Below, piece after piece: positions 1 through 8,534 of a stretch of 64,000 nt of DNA. Numbering within the stretch: position 1 is the stretch's first letter; every line of letters starts with the position of its first letter. The stretch is from a virus: the IMG/VR virus record IMGVR_UViG_3300009130_001605, positions 1 to 64,000 of that record; one strand, given 5' to 3'. Under the pieces are notes generated by a model that did no database searches, was not told the DNA's origin, and worked only from the letters and a program-made list of their open reading frames with translations. Both the position numbers and the translations under genes were made by a program.

Positions 1-1
1 T

Positions 2-283
2 TTCGATGCAATTAAAAACCGTTTCCCGACAATTCATATCCCAATTAGAAAAAAGAATAATCAATCAGATTATTATATAGTATGGAATCCTACATGCACT
101 GAATTTGCAATGATTGACACAAGGGTTATTCGTGACCTTGCAAATTCCAAAGTTGTCAACGTAGCATGTAAAGAGAGCTTCGATGGAGCTCAAAAGTCTT
201 ATACAGAAGATTTTGTTGATGTACCTAAGAATATGGCAACGTTTTATAAATTAAAAAATGGTGTCTGGAAGACAGCAAAGTAG
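2..283 (+). CDS. 3' end of a phage hypothetical protein (truncated by window start)
   Basis: Open frame from base 2 to TAG at 281-283: FDAIKNRFPTIHIPIRKK...KNGVWKTAK*. Confidence 0.7.
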   Translation, partial: FDAIKNRFPTIHIPIRKKNNQSDYYIVWNPTCTEFAMIDTRVIRDLANSKVVNVACKESFDGAQKSYTEDFVDVPKNMATFYKLKNGVWKTAK

Positions 284-312
284 TTGATTATGTCTAGCCT
301 TTTTTTTACATT
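284..312 (+). promoter_or_regulatory. sigma70-like promoter TTGATT-N17-TACATT
   Basis: Exact 17-nt spacing; the same arrangement recurs at 5482, 7253, 17830, 40709, 49279 and 62144. Confidence 0.6.
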
Positions 313-327
313 TTAAAAAAGGGAAAT

Positions 328-1497
328 ATGGATATTAAAACACCGTTGGTAAAGGATACAATCGATAAAAATGACACTAAAGCACTTGCTGAGTGGTTAC
401 TTACAAATCCTCGTCTTACAAAAGGGCCAGAGACATTGGCTTTCGAACAAGAGTGGTCTGAGTGGTTGGGTACAAAGTACTCAATTTTTTGTAACTCAGG
501 ATCATCAGCAAATTTATTAATGCTTTACGCATTGATTGCAGCAAAAAAACTTAAGAATCAAAAGGTGGTTGTTCCATCATTGGCATGGGCCACTGATCTT
601 GCACCAGTTGTTCAATTTGGAATGGAGCCAATTATCTGTGATATCAATACAGATAACTTGTCAGTTCATTTGGGTGATTTGGAAGAGATTTTCAAGAAAG
701 AGAGTCCTTCTGTTTTGATGTTGGTTTCTGTTTTGGGGTTAACACCAAATATGACCTACATTGTTGATTTGTGTAAAAAATATGATGTAATCTTACTAGA
801 AGATACTTGTGAATCACTTGGATCAGAACATCAAGGAAAAAAACTTGGAAACTTTGGCTTAATGTCAACATTTTCGCTTTATTTCGGACACCATTTATCC
901 ACTATAGAAGGTGGTATGGTCTGCACTAATGACGAAGAAATGTGTGAGGTTCTTAAGTCTATCAGATCTCATGGATGGGATAGAGATGCATCCGAAGAAT
1001 ACAAAAACAAATGGAGAGACAAATGGGGAACAGAAGACTTCAATGGAATGTACACATTTTATTACCCAGGCTTCAATGTTAGATCAACAGACCTGCAAGC
1101 GTTCATTGGAAGAAGACAGATTAAGAAAGCAGATGAAATTTGCAAACTTAGAAGCGATAATTTCCAAAAATACCAAGACAGAATAATTAACCCAACATGG
1201 AAACCAGCTACAATTGCTGGAGACTACACTTCAAGTTTCTGTTACCCAGTATTGTCTATTCATAGAGATAAAATTGTAGAAGAACTTAAGGCGAATGGTG
1301 TTGAGGTACGTCCATTAATTTGCGGATCTATGGCAACGCAACCTTTCTACATTGAAAGATATGGTAGAAAAGAATTAGGCAATGTAAAAAACTTCGATGA
1401 GTATGGGTTTTATGTACCAAATAATGACAAAATAACAGATGAGGAAATAACCCTTATCTGTAATATCATAAACAAATACACGAATGAGCAAAAATAA
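328..1497 (+). CDS. colD: DegT/DnrJ-family PLP enzyme, ColD-type GDP-4-keto-6-deoxymannose 3-dehydratase
   Basis: NSGSSANLL, EDTCESLG and FSLYFGHHLSTIEGG motifs; His replaces the Schiff-base Lys as in ColD/E1 dehydratases; adjacent to gmd. Confidence 0.75.
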   Translation: MDIKTPLVKDTIDKNDTKALAEWLLTNPRLTKGPETLAFEQEWSEWLGTKYSIFCNSGSSANLLMLYALIAAKKLKNQKVVVPSLAWATDLAPVVQFGMEPIICDINTDNLSVHLGDLEEIFKKESPSVLMLVSVLGLTPNMTYIVDLCKKYDVILLEDTCESLGSEHQGKKLGNFGLMSTFSLYFGHHLSTIEGGMVCTNDEEMCEVLKSIRSHGWDRDASEEYKNKWRDKWGTEDFNGMYTFYYPGFNVRSTDLQAFIGRRQIKKADEICKLRSDNFQKYQDRIINPTWKPATIAGDYTSSFCYPVLSIHRDKIVEELKANGVEVRPLICGSMATQPFYIERYGRKELGNVKNFDEYGFYVPNNDKITDEEITLICNIINKYTNEQK

Positions 1498-1531
1498 AAC
1501 AGCAATAATTTTTGGTATTACAGGGCAATGA
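1484..1531 (+). pseudogene. Orphan 5' fragment of gmd (MSKNKTAIIFGITGQ*)
   Basis: Translates to the Gmd N-terminal GITGQ motif and then stops at TGA; duplicates the start of the intact gmd at 1742. Confidence 0.8.
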
Positions 1532-1538
1532 AATTTTT

Positions 1539-1749
1539 ATGGAAAATAAAAAGTGTGAATTGTGTAATAATAGTTTTGAATTTAACCCAAAACGAAAAAG
1601 AGAAAGGGAAAAAAGATTTTGTTCAATGAACTGCTCTAGATTATAAAGAGAGTTCTGTTAGATTTATGAAATGGATATGTAAAAACAGGGTTATTGCTGA
1701 TCAGTATAAGTATAAATGGGAAAGTTTTAAAAAACAGATAAATGGATAA
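1539..1749 (+). pseudogene. Decayed homing endonuclease remnant (Zn-ribbon N-terminus plus an out-of-frame C-terminal fragment)
   Basis: 1539-1646 MENKKCELCNNSFEFNPKRKREREKRFCSMNCSRL* (CxxC...FCSxxC); a second frame ESSVRFMKWICKNRVIADQYKYKWESFKKQING* ends at 1749, overlapping the gmd start. Confidence 0.6.
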
Positions 1750-2776
1750 AAAAAATAAAAAAGTCGCACTTTTGTACGGAATTACGGGACAAGATGGAAG
1801 TCACCTAGCAGAACTACTTCTTGAAAAAGGGTATGAAGTACATGGTGTAATCCGTAGACACTCCACTATTGGTGGAACAGTTAGGGTTGATCATATTTTT
1901 GATCAGTTAAACCTTCACTACGGGGACATAACAGATCCAATGAACACTTCGAGGTTAATATCAGAGATTCAACCAGATGAGGTCTATAACCTTGCTGCAC
2001 AATCTCATGTAAAAGTTTCATTCGAACAACCTTATTATACTGGTATGGTTGATGGACTTGGAACATTAAATATTTTAGAAGCAGTTCGTATTCATGCACC
2101 TAAAGCTAAGTTTTATCAAGCATCCACTTCAGAGATGTTCGGTGGACTTTCTTACAACAGGCCAGAAAATGGATATACTGAGGAATCAGCATTTCATCCA
2201 AGGTCTCCTTACGGAGTTGCTAAGATTTATAGCTATTGGATGATTAAGAACTATCGTGAGTCATACGGTATGCATGCGAGTAATGGAATTCTATTCAATC
2301 ATGAAGGTGAAAGGAGAGGGGAAACGTTTGTAACAAGAAAGATTACAATGGCACTATCAGCTATTAAGAAAGGTAAGCAAGATGTATTAACACTAGGTAA
2401 CATGGATTCTTTGCGTGATTGGGGTTATGCAAAAGATTATGTGGAAGGTATGTGGAGAATGTTGCAACAAGATACTCCTGGGGATTATGTTCTTGCTACC
2501 AATGAAACTCACACCATCAGAGAGTTTGTCGAAGAAGCTGTTAAATACTGTGGTTGGGAAATCGAGTGGAAAGGTTCAGGTGTTGACGAGAAAGGGTATG
2601 ACAAAGAAACTGGTAAATTATTAGTAGAAGTTAATTCTAAGTATTTCAGACCTGCAGAAGTAGACTTGTTACTTGGTGACCATGGGAAAGCAAAAGAAGA
2701 ACTTGGGTGGGAACCGAAGACAAAGTTTAAAGATTTGGTTAAACTAATGATGGAACATGATTTAAACAATGTCTAA
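1742..2776 (+). CDS. gmd: GDP-mannose 4,6-dehydratase
   Basis: GITGQDGS, YNLAAQSHVKVSF, YQASTSEMFG, PRSPYGVAK, NHEGERRGETFVTRKI and RDWGYA motifs. Confidence 0.97.
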   Translation: MDKKNKKVALLYGITGQDGSHLAELLLEKGYEVHGVIRRHSTIGGTVRVDHIFDQLNLHYGDITDPMNTSRLISEIQPDEVYNLAAQSHVKVSFEQPYYTGMVDGLGTLNILEAVRIHAPKAKFYQASTSEMFGGLSYNRPENGYTEESAFHPRSPYGVAKIYSYWMIKNYRESYGMHASNGILFNHEGERRGETFVTRKITMALSAIKKGKQDVLTLGNMDSLRDWGYAKDYVEGMWRMLQQDTPGDYVLATNETHTIREFVEEAVKYCGWEIEWKGSGVDEKGYDKETGKLLVEVNSKYFRPAEVDLLLGDHGKAKEELGWEPKTKFKDLVKLMMEHDLNNV

Positions 2777-3056
2777 AAAATTAAGTGTTAAAAATCGTCT
2801 TTACTTATGTTACATAAGTAACCCTTATGGTGATTGGCACACTTTTTTTAAAGTGGTTGAAGACCAAGAGACAGAAGGATCACAACACTTATTCATAGAT
2901 AACAATGCTGAGGCTTTCGGATTCAAGCAACCACCAATGAACGTTTATTTAAAGTTATCTAGAAAAAAGAAAAAGAAGTTAAAAAAAACGTTTGGTAAAA
3001 ATGCTTTTCATGTCTTTAAAGACAACGTTAGTTTTTTGAAAATGGTTTTAAAATAG
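2769..3056 (+). CDS. hypothetical protein with a basic KLSRKKKKKLKK patch
   Basis: ORF overlaps the gmd stop; operon context. Confidence 0.65.
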   Translation: MSKKLSVKNRLYLCYISNPYGDWHTFFKVVEDQETEGSQHLFIDNNAEAFGFKQPPMNVYLKLSRKKKKKLKKTFGKNAFHVFKDNVSFLKMVLK

Positions 3057-3059
3057 AAT

Positions 3060-3497
3060 ATGAAGAATTATAAAATCACAGAAACAGAAAGGGGTTTTGA
3101 GATCACAGGACCTAATCATTCAATGAATGGAAATGGTGTTTTATATCACACAAGTGAAACTTTAGATGATGCTAAAAAACATTTGAAAGAAAACATGGAT
3201 TATCTTGTCAAGAAAAATGACATCATTAGAAAAAGAGAAGGCTTTGAAGTAACGGAAAACGAGATTGGTGATTACACATGTAAAGGACCATGGGAGATCA
3301 AGGGAGAAACTTACACATACATCGAAGATAGTTTATCATCTGCAGACGGTGAAGGTCACGATGTGATTGTCAAGAGAGAATCTGATGGGAAATTTTTTAT
3401 GTTTGGTTGGTTTTTGTCTTTTAGCCAAAATTATTATTTTGATGGTTTCTTCAAAGAGGTTTTTCCAAAAGAGGTGACCATTATAACTTACGAATAA
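3060..3497 (+). CDS. hypothetical protein
   Basis: 145-aa ORF in tight operon spacing. Confidence 0.75.
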   Translation: MKNYKITETERGFEITGPNHSMNGNGVLYHTSETLDDAKKHLKENMDYLVKKNDIIRKREGFEVTENEIGDYTCKGPWEIKGETYTYIEDSLSSADGEGHDVIVKRESDGKFFMFGWFLSFSQNYYFDGFFKEVFPKEVTIITYE

Positions 3498-3500
3498 ATT

Positions 3501-3794
3501 ATGTATAGACCATTACCAGAATCACTTACCATTAAAGCATCTGAAATTGAAGGGCTAGGTCTTTTTGCTAAAGAAGATATTAAGTCAGGCACAGAACTTG
3601 GTATATCACATTTTGAGATTGACGGAGAAATTATAAGAACTCCTTTAGGTGGGTTTTATAATCATTCTAAATCACCAAATGTAGAAAAAATAGAAAACGT
3701 TATTTCGAATAAGATTTACCACATATTGTGTGCAATAAAAGATATTAAGGCTGGTGATGAGATAACTTGTGAGTACACTTTGTATAAATTGTAA
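3501..3794 (+). CDS. minimal SET-domain protein (putative lysine methyltransferase)
   Basis: SEIEGLGLFAKEDI, GFYNHSKSPN and IKDIKAGDEITCEY SET motifs. Confidence 0.85.
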   Translation: MYRPLPESLTIKASEIEGLGLFAKEDIKSGTELGISHFEIDGEIIRTPLGGFYNHSKSPNVEKIENVISNKIYHILCAIKDIKAGDEITCEYTLYKL

Positions 3795-3859
3795 GTCTTT
3801 TAAAATTGCTTAAAACGATAATAAGTTTCTAAAAGTTTCATGAATTCAAAAAAATAATG

Positions 3860-3867
3860 TATTTTTG
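3860..3867 (+). promoter_or_regulatory. Bacteroidota-type -7 element TAnnTTTG
   Basis: TATTTTTG upstream of the A1-like gene; similar elements at 41517, 48190 and 56607-56614 (- strand). Confidence 0.45.
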
Positions 3868-3890
3868 CCTAAAATGTTTATAGCAATAAT

Positions 3891-5453
3891 ATGAAATTTA
3901 AAGACTTAACAGAAAAGCAGAAAAAGAAGTTAGCCGAAATTTACAATTCCAAAGAGTATAGTTGGGATGTAAAAGAAGAGAAATTAGCTAAGTTTACTGG
4001 CAAGGCATCTAGGACTGCCAGAAAGTGGTGCGAGAAGTTAGGTTTAACTAATCCTAAAGAATCTAAATCACCTCAATTTGATTCTGCTGAAAAAAAGACT
4101 TTTAATAAAAAAGCAAAAAGGTTCATTATTACATGGGCACAAATGAACACCCCAATTCATAAGCAGTTTTTCGAAAACATCAAGGTTTATGCAGAAGAGA
4201 TTGGTGCAGAGATACATGTGATTGCTGGTAAGTATAACAATCCAAGATCCCTAAAGTCGGAAGGTGAAGAAGGAACTTGGGCAACAGAAGTTATGCCTTA
4301 CTTGGATGCTGGTCGCCATAATGTTCACCAACATATGACAATTATGTCTGATTATCCAATCATGCCAACTGCAACTAATCCTATGTCAGGGCTTAGAGGT
4401 GATACTGGAGACAACTCATGTATTTTTGGTCACCCAAGAGTTCAAATGGAAATGGTTCCTGTTCTTGATGGTCACGCACCGAAGATGATGTTAACAACTG
4501 GTGCTTGTACAGTTAACAACTATTCAAGGTCAAAAGCTGGTAAGAAAGGTGAATTCCACCACACTTTCGGATTTGCAATTGTTGAGATTAAAAACAAAGA
4601 CAAATTTTTCACAAGACAAGTAACTGCTACAAGTGATGGTAACTTCAACGACATTTATTACAATGTAAGTGATGGGAGTGTAACTAGAAACACAACTATC
4701 GATGCAGCTGTGTTAGGTGACATTCACTTAGGGCAAACTGATCCAGCTGTCTTAAAAGAAACGATCAAGTTATTTAAAAAACTTAAGCCAAAGCATACAA
4801 TTATTCACGATTTATTCGATGGTAGTTCAATTAACCATCATGAGTCACATGATCCAATTGCTCAATACCACAAAGAGAAAACTGACGGAAACTCTCTTAA
4901 AAAAGAGATTGACTTCATGATTAAGTGGATTGACAGAATGAGACAATACAACTTAGTTATTGTTCGAAGTAACCATGATGACTTTGTTGATCGTTGGATT
5001 AAGAAAATTGATTGGAAACAAAACATTAAGAACGCCATGGAATACATGGATTACACAAAAGTTCTTCTTACAGGTAAGGCTCCAAAAGGGATTATACCTT
5101 ATATCATCGATAAGCATTTCGATGATGTTATCACGCTAGGTAGAGACCAAGGTTTTCAAGTTAATGGATGGGAAGTTGGATATCATGGAGATCATGGTAC
5201 TGGTGGAACTAGAGGGTCACTTCAACAATACAGAACTCTTAGTACAAAAACTATTACAGGTCACTCTCATTCTCCTGGTAGGATGGATGGGTCTTTGGCA
5301 GTAGGTACATCAACCTATTTGAGAATGGGTTACAATCAAGGAGCTTCTGCATGGTTAAATTCTCATGTTATTATCCATACAGATGGGAAAGCACAACACC
5401 TTAATTTCATAGTTGATAAAAATGGTGGAGCTGAATTTACAACATTTAAATAA
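3891..5453 (+). CDS. T5 A1-like protein (calcineurin-like metallophosphoesterase/DNase)
   Basis: RFIITWAQMNTPIH, TTGACTVNNYS..KAGKKGEFHH, GDIH, HDLFDG, SNHD, HGD and GHSHSP motifs. Confidence 0.7.
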   Translation: MKFKDLTEKQKKKLAEIYNSKEYSWDVKEEKLAKFTGKASRTARKWCEKLGLTNPKESKSPQFDSAEKKTFNKKAKRFIITWAQMNTPIHKQFFENIKVYAEEIGAEIHVIAGKYNNPRSLKSEGEEGTWATEVMPYLDAGRHNVHQHMTIMSDYPIMPTATNPMSGLRGDTGDNSCIFGHPRVQMEMVPVLDGHAPKMMLTTGACTVNNYSRSKAGKKGEFHHTFGFAIVEIKNKDKFFTRQVTATSDGNFNDIYYNVSDGSVTRNTTIDAAVLGDIHLGQTDPAVLKETIKLFKKLKPKHTIIHDLFDGSSINHHESHDPIAQYHKEKTDGNSLKKEIDFMIKWIDRMRQYNLVIVRSNHDDFVDRWIKKIDWKQNIKNAMEYMDYTKVLLTGKAPKGIIPYIIDKHFDDVITLGRDQGFQVNGWEVGYHGDHGTGGTRGSLQQYRTLSTKTITGHSHSPGRMDGSLAVGTSTYLRMGYNQGASAWLNSHVIIHTDGKAQHLNFIVDKNGGAEFTTFK

Positions 5454-5479
5454 AAAAGAGTCGAAAGACTCTTTTTTTT
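5452..5479 (+). terminator. intrinsic terminator
   Basis: AAAAAAGAGTC-GAAA-GACTCTTTTTTTT hairpin with U-tract. Confidence 0.85.
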
Positions 5480-5481
5480 GT

Positions 5482-5510
5482 TTGATTTCTTGTTTTTTTC
5501 TTTTTACATT
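5482..5510 (+). promoter_or_regulatory. sigma70-like promoter TTGATT-N17-TACATT
   Basis: Exact spacing, just upstream of the ORF at 5527. Confidence 0.6.
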
Positions 5511-5526
5511 GTTTTAAATAGAAGAC

Positions 5527-6264
5527 ATGAAAAGAAAATTAGGAATAAACATTGACGGTGTAATTAGGAATTTTTTAGAGAGATTCGAAAAAGTCTATAT
5601 CTCTACTTACATTCACAATGAAACGTTGGTTGAATCTGGAGAAGACGGAGGAATGAAAGTCTTAACAGATCAAGAGGAAGAGGCAAGAGCTGCTGCTATT
5701 GAAAAGAAAATTGATGAAATGATCACTTTTCCAGTCGATTCTTTCGACCTTATGAACCACTTTAAATTTGAGCCTGGTAAAAACTATCTTGGTGATGAAG
5801 TTTCTGCTCAAGAAGTTTATGAGGAATTTGTAAATGAATTGAAGGCATTCCAAATTTTTGGACAAGCAAATGGTTATCAGTGGTCTATTGACACTGCTCA
5901 CAGGTTGCAACAACTTGGTGCAGATGAAGAATTGTTTGAAGTTGTGTTGTTATCAACGTTAAAGGGAAAGGCTGTTACAGCAACTTATTCATTCTTAGCA
6001 TCTATTGGATGTAGAATCAAAAATGTTATGTTTGTTGATGACGATTTCGACAAATGGGATATTTGTGATGCAATTATAGATGTAATGCCTGAGGCATTTC
6101 AGAGTAAGCCAGAAGAATGCCTATCAATCAAGATAAATCACGAGTTCAACAAATATGAAGAAGGAGACTTATCATATGACACAATGAGAGATGCATTTCA
6201 CACAAAAGATGAAAATGGAGATCCAGAACTTATCACAAAGTTGAGAAACTTTTACAATCAGTAA
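5527..6264 (+). CDS. HAD-fold 5'(3')-deoxyribonucleotidase (NT5C)-like protein
   Basis: KLGINIDGVIRNF resembles DxDGV motif I with the first Asp as Asn; C-terminal DAIID. Confidence 0.55.
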   Translation: MKRKLGINIDGVIRNFLERFEKVYISTYIHNETLVESGEDGGMKVLTDQEEEARAAAIEKKIDEMITFPVDSFDLMNHFKFEPGKNYLGDEVSAQEVYEEFVNELKAFQIFGQANGYQWSIDTAHRLQQLGADEELFEVVLLSTLKGKAVTATYSFLASIGCRIKNVMFVDDDFDKWDICDAIIDVMPEAFQSKPEECLSIKINHEFNKYEEGDLSYDTMRDAFHTKDENGDPELITKLRNFYNQ

Positions 6265-6287
6265 CCAATAAATTTTATAATACAAAA

Positions 6288-6696
6288 ATGAAAACTTTAA
6301 TTTTTATCAATCGTAGCATTGTTCTTGTCTATTGCATCATTTGCACAAGATGAACAATTGATTAAGCCAGGTAGATACCATGGTAGTATTACGGAAAATG
6401 ACCAGTCGAGAGATTATATCTTGGAATTTGACACAGATGGGTATGCCTATCAACTAAGTGTATCTGATACCACTAGGTATGAGTTTGATTTTAAGAAAAC
6501 AACTTCACACAATCAAATCACCACACTTCAATGGATGAATTCTGACGGAAGTTGGACGGAGACACAAACTTTTATGATTACAAAGTTGAGTAACAGTGTT
6601 ATTCAAGTTTTCCATATAAGATATGTTGTCAATAAAGGGTCTGAGAGACAGTCTTGGTTTTATGGCAACAAAGCATTGTTTTATTTAGAAGAATAA
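6288..6696 (+). CDS. secreted protein with a signal peptide, frameshifted at the T5 run 6301-6305
   Basis: Deleting one T joins ATG 6288 to the 6319 frame, giving MKTLILSIVALFLSIASFA|QDE. Confidence 0.6.
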
Positions 6697-6764
6697 CCCT
6701 TTATATTGCATCTTTTTTTGTGTATATTACGTTATAATTAATATAACCACAAATAAAAGTAATT

Positions 6765-7178
6765 ATGAGAATAATAAAGAGCGGTAGAGAATATCAATTA
6801 CAAAGTGAGCAAGGATCAAATGATCAAATAATTAAGTTCTTTGAAAGAACAGCAAGGTTCTTGACAAACAGAGAACTTCATGAAGAAAAAGCTGGTGAGT
6901 CATTGCCTAATTATTTCTTCGAAACATTGCAGCTTGACCCAGATGCTGACAGCACTGTTAAGTCAACAAATCCTTTGGACATGGTTCAAAATGATGGAGT
7001 TAGTATCAAAGAAGTTGTAAATGTTTTATTGGCACAATTCAGAAGCTACGATGAAGCAGGTCTTGGTTGTCCAGAAAATGATGCAAGCATCGAACATTTA
7101 GAGGGAGTCTTAGAGCAGCAAATGCAAAGAGAATCTAACAGGAGGCTTAATAGAACTTATGCCACTTTATTAAAATAG
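6765..7178 (+). CDS. Tad1/Acb2-hairpin-like protein (putative immune-signal sponge)
   Basis: C-terminal DGVSIKEVVNVLL..GCPENDASIEHLEGVL..R...R matches the Tad1-family G.T.E....CRENA.AITKLEEAL..R..R pattern as recalled. Confidence 0.5.
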   Translation: MRIIKSGREYQLQSEQGSNDQIIKFFERTARFLTNRELHEEKAGESLPNYFFETLQLDPDADSTVKSTNPLDMVQNDGVSIKEVVNVLLAQFRSYDEAGLGCPENDASIEHLEGVLEQQMQRESNRRLNRTYATLLK

Positions 7179-7198
7179 TAATTATTTGCTTTAGTTTT

Positions 7199-7233
7199 AA
7201 GGGTTGGGAATTAATTTTCTTGACCTTTTTTTT
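7199..7233 (+). terminator. probable intrinsic terminator
   Basis: AAGGGTTGGGAA-TTAATT-TTCTTGACCTT stem with GU pairs, followed by a T run. Confidence 0.55.
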
Positions 7234-7252
7234 GTTTTTTACTTTTTTATAC

Positions 7253-7281
7253 TTGACTATATCTTTTCTTGTTATTACATT
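7253..7281 (+). promoter_or_regulatory. sigma70-like promoter TTGACT-N17-TACATT
   Basis: Exact spacing ahead of ATG 7311. Confidence 0.6.
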
Positions 7282-7310
7282 TTAATCATATAAAAAAGAT
7301 TAAATATAAT

Positions 7311-8534
7311 ATGTCAGAAAAAGTAGAAGTAAAAGCTCCTACCACAGTAGACCCGATTCAAGCTAAGATTAGTGAGGTTGTTGGTAAATTAGAGGACAAA
7401 AGTTTCTCAATTTATTTTTACGCTCCATCACTTAACTCTGCAAGTGGAGGTGTAGGTGTTTTATTCAAACAGGCCACTATCTTAAAAGAAGCTGGTTACA
7501 ACGTAAAGGTTATTTTTGAACCTAAGGTTAACGAAAGAGCGTCTTACGATGCATCGATGAAATCTAAGAAAAGGATTTTTGTATATGATGAATTTAATCC
7601 ATCTTGGTTAGATTTTGATATTTCTGATCTTGAAATTTTACCACAAGTTGGTGCTGATGAAACTGGTAAGCCAGTTGACAAAATTATTTTCATAAACGAA
7701 GAAGGAAATACTTCTGAGCAAGATGTTAAGCAGATTGAGATTAACACTGAAGATATGATAATCATACCTGAGGGTTTCCCAAACATCATGCAACAATTAG
7801 CAGGTAGTCCATGTAAGAAAATAGTTCTTGCTCAAAGCTGGATTTATGTTCTTAATTCATTACAGCCAGGTCAAACTTGGCAGTCATACGGAATTAGTGA
7901 TGTAATCTCTATTTCTGATGCAATTACTGAATATTTACACTCTGTTATGCCAGGATTAAATGTTAAACAATACAGTCAAAGTATCAACAGAGACTTGTTT
8001 AATGTTCCTAAATTAAGCGACAAAGCTCCAATGATTGCTTTCTCTTGTTCAAGAGGGCCAGAGAACAGGATGAAAACTTACAATGTTATCAGAAACTTCC
8101 AACAATGGCACCCAAAAAATAAATTTGTAAGATTTATGGAATTAGGTGGTCTTTCGAGAGAGGAATATGCGGAGAGGCTTAAAAGTTGCTCTATCGCACT
8201 TTACACTGATGAAATTGCAGGATTTGGAACAGCACCATTAGAAGCAATGGCATGTGGAACACACGTTGTTGGTTGGACTCCTCATGGAGGAAAAGAATAT
8301 ATGGGTGAAAACGGTTTCTGGGCAACAAATGGAGACATTTTCCACTTGTCAGAATATTTAGGTATTGCAGTTGATAAATTACTTAACGGTGAGTTAGACA
8401 ACCCTGAGCTTAAAGAAGCTTACGAAAGCACTTTGAGTAGATATACTGTTGAAAAAGAAAAGGAATCAGTTTTGAACATTTTTGATAAATACGTAGAAGA
8501 AAGAATAGATGAAATTAAAGGAATTCAAAAATAA
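7311..8534 (+). CDS. glycosyltransferase, GT-B fold (GT4-like)
   Basis: N-terminal SGGVGVL; C-terminal DEIAGFGTAPLEAMACGTHVVG; ATG 7311 preferred over TTG 7269. Confidence 0.85.
   Translation: MSEKVEVKAPTTVDPIQAKISEVVGKLEDKSFSIYFYAPSLNSASGGVGVLFKQATILKEAGYNVKVIFEPKVNERASYDASMKSKKRIFVYDEFNPSWLDFDISDLEILPQVGADETGKPVDKIIFINEEGNTSEQDVKQIEINTEDMIIIPEGFPNIMQQLAGSPCKKIVLAQSWIYVLNSLQPGQTWQSYGISDVISISDAITEYLHSVMPGLNVKQYSQSINRDLFNVPKLSDKAPMIAFSCSRGPENRMKTYNVIRNFQQWHPKNKFVRFMELGGLSREEYAERLKSCSIALYTDEIAGFGTAPLEAMACGTHVVGWTPHGGKEYMGENGFWATNGDIFHLSEYLGIAVDKLLNGELDNPELKEAYESTLSRYTVEKEKESVLNIFDKYVEERIDEIKGIQK

Noticed and set aside
1529-1792. Self-splicing intron joining the orphan GITGQ exon to gmd
   Set aside because: No recognisable group I/II core, and the downstream gmd has its own complete N-terminus, so splicing is unnecessary
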